Notes under the pieces: model-generated
The model's database searches: none
Told to the model about the DNA's origin: nothing
What the model saw: the letters and a program-made list of their open reading frames with translations, nothing else
DNA from: an uncultured delta proteobacterium
Lineage (GTDB): Bacteria > Desulfobacterota > Binatia > UBA9968
NCBI GenBank assembly: GCA_963745035.1
Contig: CAVUVW010000021.1
Span: 386,045-450,044 of the forward strand
Length of the DNA: 64,000 nucleotides
Direction: 5' to 3'
Made by a program: the position numbers and the translations under genes
Part shown: positions 51,270-60,570 of the stretch, piece after piece
How positions within the stretch are numbered: the stretch's first letter is position 1
Layout: each line of letters opens with the position of its first letter

Positions 51270-51974
51270 ATGGAACTTTGGGTCGGCACCAGCGGCTACA
51301 GCTACAAACCGTGGTTGGGAAAATTTTATCCCGAGCGGCTCGCCGCCAAGGAGATGCTGCGTTTTTACGCCACCCAACTGCCAACCGTAGAGATCAACAA
51401 CACGTTTTATCGTCTCCCGAAGGAAAGCGTGCTCGAGAATTGGGCCGAGCAGGTCCCCGCCGAGTTTCGCTTCGTTATCAAAGCGCCGCAGAAAATCACC
51501 CATGTAAAGCGCCTCAAAGAAGCGGCGCCGGAAGTGGAATATTTATTTCGTGTCGCCACGGTGATGGGCAAAAAGATTGGCGCAATTCTTTTTCAGCTTC
51601 CGCCCAACCTTCGTAAAGACATCGATCGGCTGCAGAGCTTTCTGGCGCTTTTGCCGGCCGGCAGGGCTGCGGCTTTCGAGTTTCGCCACCCATCCTGGCT
51701 CGATGACGAGGTTTTCGCTTGTCTGCGCGAGCGCAACTGCGCGCTTTGCTTTGCCGAGTTCGAAGAGGGTGAGAATCGTGATCTCATCGCCACCGCGAGT
51801 TGGGGCTACATCCGGCTGCGGCGGCCGGACTATGATCACGCAGATTTGCTCCATTGGCGAGAGCGTATCCTCGCGCAGAAGTGGGACCACGCCTACATCT
51901 TTTTCAAGCACGAGGATGAAGGCATCGGCCCGAAGCTCGCCGCGCAGTTTCTCAACCTGGGCCGGACAACTTGA
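51270..51974 (+). CDS. DUF72 domain protein
   Basis: GTSGYSY, VEINNTFY, KAPQKITH, QLPP, EFRH.SW, YIRLR. Confidence 0.93.
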   Translation: MELWVGTSGYSYKPWLGKFYPERLAAKEMLRFYATQLPTVEINNTFYRLPKESVLENWAEQVPAEFRFVIKAPQKITHVKRLKEAAPEVEYLFRVATVMGKKIGAILFQLPPNLRKDIDRLQSFLALLPAGRAAAFEFRHPSWLDDEVFACLRERNCALCFAEFEEGENRDLIATASWGYIRLRRPDYDHADLLHWRERILAQKWDHAYIFFKHEDEGIGPKLAAQFLNLGRTT

Positions 51975-52099
51975 GCCGAAGCCGGCGATGGTAACTCCGA
52001 CATTCGTGCTGGTTTCGGGCTGCAGCCAACAGACGCTCAAGGCATGGGATTTCCTGCGCGATGGCTTGTCGTGTTATCATGGTGCAGGGAGTGGCAGTC

Positions 52100-53236
52100 A
52101 TGGAATCGACCAAAGTCAAGAAACTGAGCCATCGACGTCTCGAAAATCTGAATATTGCGTCGTTGGATCTCATGCCTTCGCCGCAGGAGATTCATGCCCG
52201 CGTGCCGATGTCGGACAAGGCGGCGGAGACCGTTTACAACGGGCGCGAGACGATCAAGGCTATTCTCGACCGCAAGGATCATCGGCTATTCATCGTGGCC
52301 GGACCCTGTTCGATCCACGACGCCATCGCGGGCTATGATTACGCGCAACGATTGAAGAAACTCGCCGACGAAGTGAGCGACACCTTGTTGCTGGTGATGC
52401 GCGTTTATTTCGAGAAGCCGCGCACGTCGGTGGGTTGGAAAGGTTTCATCAACGACCCACGCATGGACGACTCGTTTCACATCGAGGAAGGCATGGAGAA
52501 GGCGCGGGTGTTTCTCTTACAGGTGAACGAGCTCGGCATTCCCGCCGCCACCGAGGCGCTCGACCCGATCGGGCCGCAGTATCTCGGCGATCTTGTCTCC
52601 TGGACCGCCATCGGTGCCCGCACCTCGGAGTCTCAAACGCACCGCGAAATGGCGTCGGGCCTGTCCACGCCGGTCGGTTTCAAAAACGGCACCGACGGCA
52701 ACACGGAAGTCGCGATCAACGGGGTCAAATCCGCGGCGCGGCCCCATAGTTTTCTCGGCATCAACGAGCAGGGACGCTCATCGATCGTGCGCACACGCGG
52801 CAATCCCTACGGCCACCTCGTGCTGCGCGGCGGCGACCGGCCCAATTACGACACGGTCAGCATCTCGATGGCCGAGCGCGCTCTCGCCAAAGCCAAGTTC
52901 CCGCTCAACATCGTGGTCGATTGCTCCCACGCCAACTCGTTCAAGGATCACAACCTGCAGGGTCTCGTCATGTCCGACTGCGTGCACCAGATTCGCGAAG
53001 GGAACCGGTCGATCATCGGCCTGATGCTCGAAAGCAATATCGAGAGCGGCAATCAACCGATCCCGGCCGACCTTTCCAAGCTCAAATACGGTTGTTCCGT
53101 GACCGATCCATGCATCGACTGGCCAAGCACCGAATCGGCGATTCGCAAGGCGCACGATCAACTCAAGGACGTTTTACCGCACCGACAATGCGTGATCAGT
53201 CGCGAGGGAGCAAATCGCGCGCCGGCGCTTGGTTGA
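52100..53236 (+). CDS. aroG: 3-deoxy-7-phosphoheptulonate (DAHP) synthase, class I-alpha
   Basis: GPCSIHD, RVYFEKPRT.GWKG, IGARTSESQTHRE, VDCSHANS, SVTDPC. AroF/G/H isoform identity uncertain. Confidence 0.9.
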   Translation: MESTKVKKLSHRRLENLNIASLDLMPSPQEIHARVPMSDKAAETVYNGRETIKAILDRKDHRLFIVAGPCSIHDAIAGYDYAQRLKKLADEVSDTLLLVMRVYFEKPRTSVGWKGFINDPRMDDSFHIEEGMEKARVFLLQVNELGIPAATEALDPIGPQYLGDLVSWTAIGARTSESQTHREMASGLSTPVGFKNGTDGNTEVAINGVKSAARPHSFLGINEQGRSSIVRTRGNPYGHLVLRGGDRPNYDTVSISMAERALAKAKFPLNIVVDCSHANSFKDHNLQGLVMSDCVHQIREGNRSIIGLMLESNIESGNQPIPADLSKLKYGCSVTDPCIDWPSTESAIRKAHDQLKDVLPHRQCVISREGANRAPALG

Positions 53237-53421
53237 TCGCGAAATCCTGAATGGCGACAGATCGCCAACCGCACCCGCTCCATAAAACGCAATCCGCTCT
53301 GTGCAGCAGTCGCCTGACTGCGTTTTGCGGGCGTGGACTTGGCAGTCTGTCGTAGAAAAAGTCCAATTCCGGCGCGACGCTCGGTTCTCAGGGTCATCGT
53401 AACCGCAAAGAGGAGGCGAAC

Positions 53422-54465
53422 ATGCCAGTTCTGCTGATTGCGCTTGTTCTGGGCATCTTTAGCTTGTTTGATGAGGTAGCAGGAGCCAATCCCTACCTGT
53501 CAAAGCCGGGCGAGACACCCGCTAAAGTGCGCATCGGCACCTGCGCCGTGACCGGCGGTTTTATTCATCTCTATGCCGCCCTTGATCATCGGATCTTCGA
53601 GAAGTACGGCATCAACGCCGAGCATGTGGTCGTGCGCGGCGGCAGTGTAGCGATCGCGGCGCTGGCGGCGGACGAGATCAGTTTTCTTTACTGCAACGCC
53701 GATGCGAATATCGTGCGCATCGGCGCCGGCGTGGACGGCAAGCTTGTGGCTTCGCCGTTGATCGGCTTGCCGTACGTGGTGCTCGCGCGCAAGGACGTCA
53801 AGCAGCCGGCCGATCTCAAAGGCAAGAGCATCGGCGTGACCCGGCCCGGTGATTTTCCGTATCGCCTGGCGAAGGAATTTCTTAAAAAGTTCGGCCTGAG
53901 CGACAAAGAAGTGAAATTGGCGACGGTCGGCGGTACGCCGACCGAGCGTTATGCGGCGCTCGTACAGGACGTCTTTCAAGCGACCTTGATTCAGCCGCCG
54001 CTCGACGCGCGCGGCAAGAAAGATGGTTTCAATGTGATCTATAATTTGAAGGATCTGGGCCTTCCTTTCATTTACAGCTCGCTCTTCACCAATTCCAGAA
54101 CGTTCAAGGAACGGCCCGCGGTGGTGCAAAAGGTGGTCGCCGCGCTTGCCGAGACGATCCATTTCGTCGAGAAGAATCCTGAGGCGGCGATGGCGTCGGT
54201 CGGAAAGACCCTGCGCATCAAGGACGCCGAAACCTTGCGCTCGGCCTATGACGCGTATGCGATCAATCTTATCAACCGGCGCATGACGGTGCCGGCCAAA
54301 ATGGTTGCCGAGACGCTTGAGATCGCGCGCGAGGACGGCGCTACGATCAGGCGCAAGCCCAACGAGATCTTCGACAATACCTTCGTCGATAATCTGGAAA
54401 AGAGCGGCTTTATGAAAGAGCTGTGGGGCGGCGCGGTGCCGGAAGACCGAAAGCGCACGCAATGA
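53422..54465 (+). CDS. ABC-type substrate-binding protein, NMT1/SsuA/THI5 family
   Basis: Signal peptide; FEKYGI, DLKGKSIGV, RYAAL, C-terminal DNTFV..LEKSGF. SD AGGAGG. Confidence 0.85.
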   Translation: MPVLLIALVLGIFSLFDEVAGANPYLSKPGETPAKVRIGTCAVTGGFIHLYAALDHRIFEKYGINAEHVVVRGGSVAIAALAADEISFLYCNADANIVRIGAGVDGKLVASPLIGLPYVVLARKDVKQPADLKGKSIGVTRPGDFPYRLAKEFLKKFGLSDKEVKLATVGGTPTERYAALVQDVFQATLIQPPLDARGKKDGFNVIYNLKDLGLPFIYSSLFTNSRTFKERPAVVQKVVAALAETIHFVEKNPEAAMASVGKTLRIKDAETLRSAYDAYAINLINRRMTVPAKMVAETLEIAREDGATIRRKPNEIFDNTFVDNLEKSGFMKELWGGAVPEDRKRTQ

Positions 54466-54540
54466 ACGCTGGCACAGCATGAACGCGCAAATGCTATTCC
54501 TCCATCCGTTTGGAATCTCCACACAGCTCCAACGCTCCCT

Positions 54541-55208
54541 ATGCCCGCGTCCAAACGCATCTTGCTTCTGAGCGTGTCCGCGGGCGCCGGGCACGGCCGC
54601 GCCGCAGAAGCCTTGCGTGCGCAGGCGCATTCTGACGGCATCACAGCCGAACATATCGACGTGATGACCTTGGTACCGCGCAGCTTTCGGACGCTCTACA
54701 CCCAATATTACATCCGGCTTGTCGAGCAGCATCCCACCGTCTGGGCGTACTTGTATCACGCGACGGACAAGATGCCGCGCGATGCGCTGTTCGCCAAATT
54801 TCAGCGCGCGGTGGAGCGTCTCAACACGCTCAAGCTGCGCGCCGCACTTGAGCAATTCGCTCCCGAGCACATCATTTGCACGCACTTTCTTCCGGCTGAG
54901 CTGCTGGCCCACCACGGCAAACGAGAGAGGTCCATACCGCCGGTATGGGTGCAGGTCACGGACTTCGATCTGCACCGGATGTGGGTGCAGCCGGGCATGC
55001 GCGGCTACTTCGCGGCCAGCGACGAGATCGCCTTCCGCATGGTAGAGCGCGGCATAGCGCGCGCTAAAGTACGTGTCACCGGCATTCCCATCATGCCGGC
55101 GTTTTCGCAGAAGTTAGATCGCGCCGAATGTGCCCGCGAACTCGGCGTCCAGCCGGACAAGACCACGTTGCTGCTCATGACCGGCGGCGCCGGCATCGCC
55201 GGCGGCGA
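54541..55208 (+). pseudogene. Truncated MGDG synthase/UgtP-like glycosyltransferase (N-terminal domain only)
   Basis: GAGHGRAA, CTHF, VTD, VTGIPI, LLMTGGAG; homology then ends with no C-terminal GT28 domain. Confidence 0.75.
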
Positions 55209-55478
55209 GTCTTTCATCTGCCGATATTTCTGCGCGGCCGCTGGTCGTGGCGCATGGAGGCGCGCATCCTTGCCATGATCATGCTCTTTTGGATCATTGA
55301 GGATGCTCTGTGGTTCGTCCTCAATCCGGCTTTCGGCTGGAGCAAGTTCTCCGCAGGAAGCATTCCGTGGCATAAGCACTGGTGGATGGGCCTGCCGATG
55401 GACTACTGGATCTCGACGGTCATAGGAATCGTCCTGTTCGCGTGGTCCTATCGGGCAAAGGCAAAGGCCTCGCCTTGA
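55209..55478 (+). pseudogene. C-terminal fragment of a membrane protein with no start codon
   Basis: VFHLPIF...FWIIEDALWFVLNP...PWH...DYW; begins abruptly at the UgtP breakpoint. Confidence 0.55.
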
Positions 55479-55559
55479 GGAAGCGTTGCCGTCATCTTCC
55501 GTCGGACTGTTTTGCGGCTTTCCTTTGGCGCATTGCATCGGTAGAATCCAGGGACCCTC

Positions 55560-56063
55560 GTGATTGAAATCATATTGGAAGAAATCAGTTTCGGACTCCC
55601 TGAAGCGCGCCAGTTCTGGCGTATTCTCATACGACTCGTCGCGGCCATGCTTGCGGGCGCAGTCGTCGGCGTTCAGCGCGAGCGCTCTGGTAAACCTGCC
55701 GGTATCAGAACGCACATGCTGGTGGCTTTAGGAGCGGCGCTTTTTGTCATGGGGCCGATGGAATTTGGCATGCTGGATAATGAGGATGCCTTGTCGCGGG
55801 TCATTCAAGGACTGGTGACGGGTATAGGTTTTCTTGGCGCCGGCGCGATTCTCAAGCTCGAGGACAAGCGCGAGATCGAAGGACTGACCACCGCGGCGGG
55901 GATCTGGATGACCGCGGCCATAGGGTTGGCGATCGGACTGGGGCGATTCGGCTTGGCAGCGCTCAGCGTGATTTTTGCCTGGTTTGTGCTCGCCGTGATC
56001 CAGAAAACCGAGCACTGGCTCGATCAAGGCATCGCGAACAACAGCAAAGAACCCGGTAACTGA
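55560..56063 (+). CDS. MgtC/SapB family membrane protein
   Basis: QRE..GKPAGIRTHMLV, SRVIQG...GIGFLGAGAI, GLTTAAGIW. Confidence 0.93.
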   Translation: MIEIILEEISFGLPEARQFWRILIRLVAAMLAGAVVGVQRERSGKPAGIRTHMLVALGAALFVMGPMEFGMLDNEDALSRVIQGLVTGIGFLGAGAILKLEDKREIEGLTTAAGIWMTAAIGLAIGLGRFGLAALSVIFAWFVLAVIQKTEHWLDQGIANNSKEPGN

Positions 56064-56099
56064 TCCCTGTCGCTTTGTTCGCACTCTATCCGCTTGGAT

Positions 56100-56225
56100 C
56101 CTGTCCTCGCGGGCGGCGGTTGGATGGACGGCGCCGAACGGATCACGGCGGCAAAAGGAATGTACCTGAGCCCGGATCAGCGCATGGCGGACATCGGCTT
56201 TCGCTGCGCCCGCGACCGCAAGTGA
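56100..56225 (+). pseudogene. C-terminal remnant of a formylglycine-generating-enzyme (FGE/SUMF1) domain gene
   Basis: PVLAGGGWMDGAERITAAKGMYLSPDQRMADIGFRCARDRK* matches the V.RGGSW...GFRC terminal signature. Confidence 0.6.
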
Positions 56226-56236
56226 AGGGCGTTCTT

Positions 56237-56653
56237 ATGGCAATCCATCCCCAACTGCTGCTCGACGCGCATTTCATCGGAACATTTCCGACCTGCGGTG
56301 TCCTACTGCACAAGAACGCAGTCGTGCCGTGGTTTATTCTCGTGCCGGAAACGGAGATCGTCGGTTTGCTCGATCTGCCCCAAGAAATTCTCATGGCTGT
56401 CATGGAAGAGGCTGCGCTGATTTCCGCCTTCGTCAAGCAGACTTTTGGCTGCGCCAAGATAAACTTCGCCAGCATCGGCAACGTCGTGCCGCAGCTTCAT
56501 CTGCACATCGTCGGCCGCAAGCCGGATGATCTCTGCTGGCCGGCGCCGGTATGGGGAAATTTGGCCGAGATTCGCGAGTATTCCACCGGAGAGCTGGGGC
56601 GGATCGGAGAGCTGCTGCAGCTTCATGCCCCGGCGCGCTTCGTCACGCGCTGA
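56237..56653 (+). CDS. HIT domain protein
   Basis: IHPQLLLD, PWFILVP, KINFASIGNVVPQLHLHIVGR..DD.CWPAPVWG. Confidence 0.88.
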   Translation: MAIHPQLLLDAHFIGTFPTCGVLLHKNAVVPWFILVPETEIVGLLDLPQEILMAVMEEAALISAFVKQTFGCAKINFASIGNVVPQLHLHIVGRKPDDLCWPAPVWGNLAEIREYSTGELGRIGELLQLHAPARFVTR

Positions 56654-56659
56654 ACTCAA

Positions 56660-57257
56660 TCAACGCGCCCAGACCAGTGCTGCGGTGACAAACGCTTCGA
56701 TCAAGGCGGCAAGCAGCAACAAAGGCGTGATAACGGTAGAAAAGTAGCGGAGAGCGAGGCCGATTTCCGTCCTGAGGGGCGTTGGGCAGCGGCGACGGAG
56801 ACGCGCGAGAGTCTGAGCGCCGAGCATCAGGCCGATGCTCATGCCGAGGAACACGGCGGGCAGCTCGATGACGCCGTGCGGTGCGATGCTCGCCAGCGAG
56901 GTCCACAGGCCGCGCGTCCGGATCGACAGCGAAAGCGCGACGCCCAAGGCCGCGCCGTTGGCGAAAAGAAATATGACCGGCACGACGCCGAATACGGCTC
57001 CGAGCAGGAGCGCGATCAGAGTCTTCACGGAGTTGTTCAAAGAAAATCGCGGCGGCCAGTTGCCAATGGGGCATGCCGGTAAATCCCTTAACGAAGGTCG
57101 CGAGATTGTCGGCGAAACGATCGGCGAGATCGGGGATTTGATACACGACCGCCACGCCGGCGCCGGCGCCGAGAAAGAACAGCAGGAGGCTGCCACAGAG
57201 ATAGGGCATGAGCCGCGCCAGGTAGGCGCGTCGTTCTTCGCGTGGCATGATGAGCAT
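56660..57257 (-). CDS. Stage II sporulation protein M / DUF95 membrane protein (frameshift near 57043)
   Basis: IF(L)NN, ANGAALG, PHGVIELPA, AALIEAFVT. Confidence 0.85.
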
Positions 57258-57414
57258 GGATGGGAGCGATTGCGCGCATCCTAACAAGATTTGCCGCGGC
57301 GGTACATCGCGGGCAAATTCGCTTTCCGTTGGGAGCGTTTGGAAACGGCGCCGATCTATTTTATGGTAAGCTCGCGATGCGGCGGCGCGGGCCGACGCAG
57401 AGAACGGAGTCACC

Positions 57415-58507
57415 ATGAAGATCAAAAGCATCCGCGTCCAAGTCGCGCGGGTTCCGCTCGATGAGCCGCTGGCGGGCGGGCCGCCGTATTTCCGCTCGCA
57501 CAATCAATTCGTCCTGGTTCGAATCGACACCGAGGACGGCATCCAGGGCATCGGCGTGAGTTTTTTCGGCGGCGCGCTCAGCGCGACCTTGAAGCACGCG
57601 ATCGATCAGCTGGGCGATCTCATCATCGGCGAAGATCCGCTGCGCGGCGAGATGCTTCTGCAGAAACTACGCAGCGCTGGAGCGAGCGCCGGGCCCGGGC
57701 GGGATTCTGACTCTGGCCCTTGCCGGCATCGATATGGCGCTCTGGGACATCAAGGGCAAATTTTTCGGCCAGTCACTCGCCGCCATGCTCGGCGGTTTGC
57801 GTGAGCGGGTGCCGACTTACGCGAGCGGCGCGCTGGTGCGCGCCTATCCGATCGATCATCTGACCAAGGCAGCGCGCACCCTGGTCGAGAAAGGCTTCAA
57901 GGCGATGAAGACGCAACTCGCTCTGCCCGGTGACACCACGCCGGCGCGCGAGGCCGAGCACGCGCGTCGCATCCGCGAAGCCGTCGGCCCCGATATCGAC
58001 CTGATGTGCGACATTAACCAGCGCTGGTCGGTGCATCAGGCGATGGATATCGGCAAACGGGTCGAGGAGGTGAACTTCTACTGGCTCGAAGACGTGACCG
58101 CGCATGACGACTACAGCGGTCTGGCCCGGGTGGCCGACGCGCTGATCACGCCTCTCGCCGGCGGTGAGTGCCTCTACGGCATCACGCCGTTTCGCCACAT
58201 GATCGAGGCCCATTCGGTCGATATCGTCATGATCGATCTGATCCGCGTCGGCGGCATCGCCAACTGGATGAAAGTCGCGGCCATGGCCGAAGCCTTCAAC
58301 CTGCCGGTGGTAAGCCATCTTTTACCGGAGATCCACGTACATCTCGTGGCGGCGGCGCCGAACGGCTTGACCGTCGAGTACATGCCGTGGTCGTTTCGCC
58401 TTTTCGAAGAAGTGCCGGTGCCGGTAAACGGAGAACTGTCCGTGCCGACGAAACCGGGGCTGGGGTTGGAGTTCAGCCGGGATATCGATCGCTACGTGGT
58501 GGCCTGA
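57415..58507 (+). CDS. Mandelate racemase/muconate lactonizing enzyme family protein (frameshift near 57698)
   Basis: TEDGIQGIG, IDMALWDIKGK, YASG, metal ligands D(CDIN)/E(WLED)/E(GGE), KPGLGL. Confidence 0.9.
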
Positions 58508-58529
58508 ACAAATCCGGCGAGGAGGGATC

Positions 58530-58988
58530 ATGAGCAACGATTGGCGCAACCACGGCGTGAAAATCATTCGCTGTGATCAGCTCGACACCAATACGCCGCA
58601 GACTCCGGGCATGACCCGCGCCGCGGCGATCACCCACGCGCGCGCGGGGGCGAACAAGCTGTGGGCGGGAAGCGTGGAGATTCACGCCAACGCCAAGACC
58701 GGGCCGCACCATCATGGCGAGCTGGAAAGCGTCATTTACATCGTCAGCGGCAGGGCGCGCATGCGCTGGGGCGAGGGCTTGGAGTTCGTTGCCGAAGCGG
58801 GTCCGGGAGATTTCATTTTCGTGCCGCCCTACGTGCCGCACCAGGAGATCAACGCGGCGGATGAGCCGCTCATTTGCGTGGTCGTGCGGAGCGGACAAGA
58901 GCCCGTGGTGGTGAACCTGGAGATTGAAACTCAAGAGCCACCGGAACAAGTGATGTGGGTGGATCCGATCCACAAGGCGCCGGGATGA
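58530..58988 (+). CDS. Cupin domain protein
   Basis: TPGMTR, HHHGELES, GDFIFVPPYVPHQEIN. Confidence 0.9.
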   Translation: MSNDWRNHGVKIIRCDQLDTNTPQTPGMTRAAAITHARAGANKLWAGSVEIHANAKTGPHHHGELESVIYIVSGRARMRWGEGLEFVAEAGPGDFIFVPPYVPHQEINAADEPLICVVVRSGQEPVVVNLEIETQEPPEQVMWVDPIHKAPG

Positions 58989-59980
58989 AACATCAAGGGA
59001 AGACGCCGGATGCAAAATTCAAACTGCTGGTCACGCTGATTCAGATCACCGTGCTTGGTTTCGCGGCGCTGCCAGCCAACGCCGCTGAACAGACGGTGGT
59101 TCACGCCGGCTACGGCGGCATCGCTGGCTACCAGCTGCCGCTCTGGGTGAACAAGGAAGTCGGCATCAGCCGGAAATACGGCGTCGAGCTGGAGCCGCTG
59201 CTGATCAGCGGCGGCGCTCTCAACATGCAGGCGTTGGTCGCCGGCAGCATCCAGATCAGTCAGAACTCCGCTTCCTCGGCAATCCAGCCGGCATTGCGCG
59301 GCGCGCCGATCGTTCTCATCGCGATCCAAGAAAGTCGCATGCCGTTTCAGATCATCGCGCGGCCGGAAATCAAAACGCCGCAGCAACTGATCGGCAAGAA
59401 GATCGGCATCCAGCGCTTCGGCGGCTCCAACGACACTGGCGTTCAATGGGCGCTTCGGGCCTGGAAGATCGATCCGCGGCGGGTGACCATCCTTCAATCG
59501 GGCGCCACCAACGCGCGGATGACCGCGCTGATGCTCGGCCAGATCGATGCCACAATCCTTTCTTATCCCGAAATTCACGTCGCGCGAAAGCGCGGCATGA
59601 ACGTGCTGGCCGACATCGGCGAGTTCAGCGCGTATCCGAATACGTCGCTGCTGGTAACGCGAACTTTCGTGGAAAGGCAGCGGCCATTGGCCAAGAATCT
59701 GCTGCGCTCGCAAATGGAAGCGATTCATTACATGCGCGCCAACCGGAGCAGCAGCATTCAGATTCTGCAAAAATATCTGCGGGTTGCCGATGCCGAGGCG
59801 ATCGAAGCAACCTACGATTTCTTCTCGCCGCGCACCGACCTGCCGCCGCGTGCCAACCTCGAAGGCATCCGCAATATTCTTCGCGAGATGGACGCTCCCC
59901 AGCGCAACCCAGGCGACTTCATCGACATGAGCCTGATCGAGGAAATCGAGCGCGAGGGATTTTTTCAGAAACTGCGCTAG
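58985..59980 (+). CDS. ABC-type substrate-binding protein, NMT1/SsuA/THI5 family
   Basis: Signal peptide; KYGV, LIGKKIGI, RMTAL..G.ID, DFIDMS...EGFF. ATGA overlap with the cupin gene. Confidence 0.85.
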   Translation: MKHQGKTPDAKFKLLVTLIQITVLGFAALPANAAEQTVVHAGYGGIAGYQLPLWVNKEVGISRKYGVELEPLLISGGALNMQALVAGSIQISQNSASSAIQPALRGAPIVLIAIQESRMPFQIIARPEIKTPQQLIGKKIGIQRFGGSNDTGVQWALRAWKIDPRRVTILQSGATNARMTALMLGQIDATILSYPEIHVARKRGMNVLADIGEFSAYPNTSLLVTRTFVERQRPLAKNLLRSQMEAIHYMRANRSSSIQILQKYLRVADAEAIEATYDFFSPRTDLPPRANLEGIRNILREMDAPQRNPGDFIDMSLIEEIEREGFFQKLR

Positions 59981-60016
59981 CGACGTCCCGGCTCGAACAA
60001 GGAGATTGGCGCAGGC

Positions 60017-60460
60017 ATGAAGGCCGGGAAGTTGGAAGCGATCTGGATCAAGCGCGCGCATCGCGGCGTAATGGATCCGGCGGCGTCGGCGCAATTGATC
60101 GCCGGCGAGGGGCTTCTCGGCAACGCTGATCGGGGCGGGAGCCGCCAGATCACGTTGCTCGAAAAGGAGACTTGGGAAAATCTCATGCGCGAGATGAACG
60201 GCAAAGCGCAGCCGGCGGCGCGGCGAGCGAATCTTTTGGTGAGCGGCATTGCGCTCGCCGGTTCCCGCGGTCGAGTTCTTCGCATCGGTGCCGCGCGACT
60301 GCAGATCGGCGGCGAAAACAAGCCTTGTGAGAGAATGGACGAAGTCATTCCCGGTCTGCAGGCGGCGCTGTATCCCGCTTGGCGCGGCGGCGCCTTCGCG
60401 AGAGTTTTAAACGATTGCGAAATTCAGATCGGGGATGGGGTAGAGTGGGAGAAGGAATGA
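60017..60460 (+). CDS. MOSC domain protein (YiiM-like)
   Basis: GL.GNAD, RQITL, RRANL, PCERM, GG.FARVL...I.IGD. Confidence 0.9.
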   Translation: MKAGKLEAIWIKRAHRGVMDPAASAQLIAGEGLLGNADRGGSRQITLLEKETWENLMREMNGKAQPAARRANLLVSGIALAGSRGRVLRIGAARLQIGGENKPCERMDEVIPGLQAALYPAWRGGAFARVLNDCEIQIGDGVEWEKE

Positions 60461-60570
60461 ATTCGCTCAAACGTTTCAAGGCAACTGAACTATTCCCGAA
60501 AATTTTCGTCTGGCCTATTTTTCGCCTGATGTAATAGAATACGCCTGTCGGGTTCCCCGACGTTTCTGCC

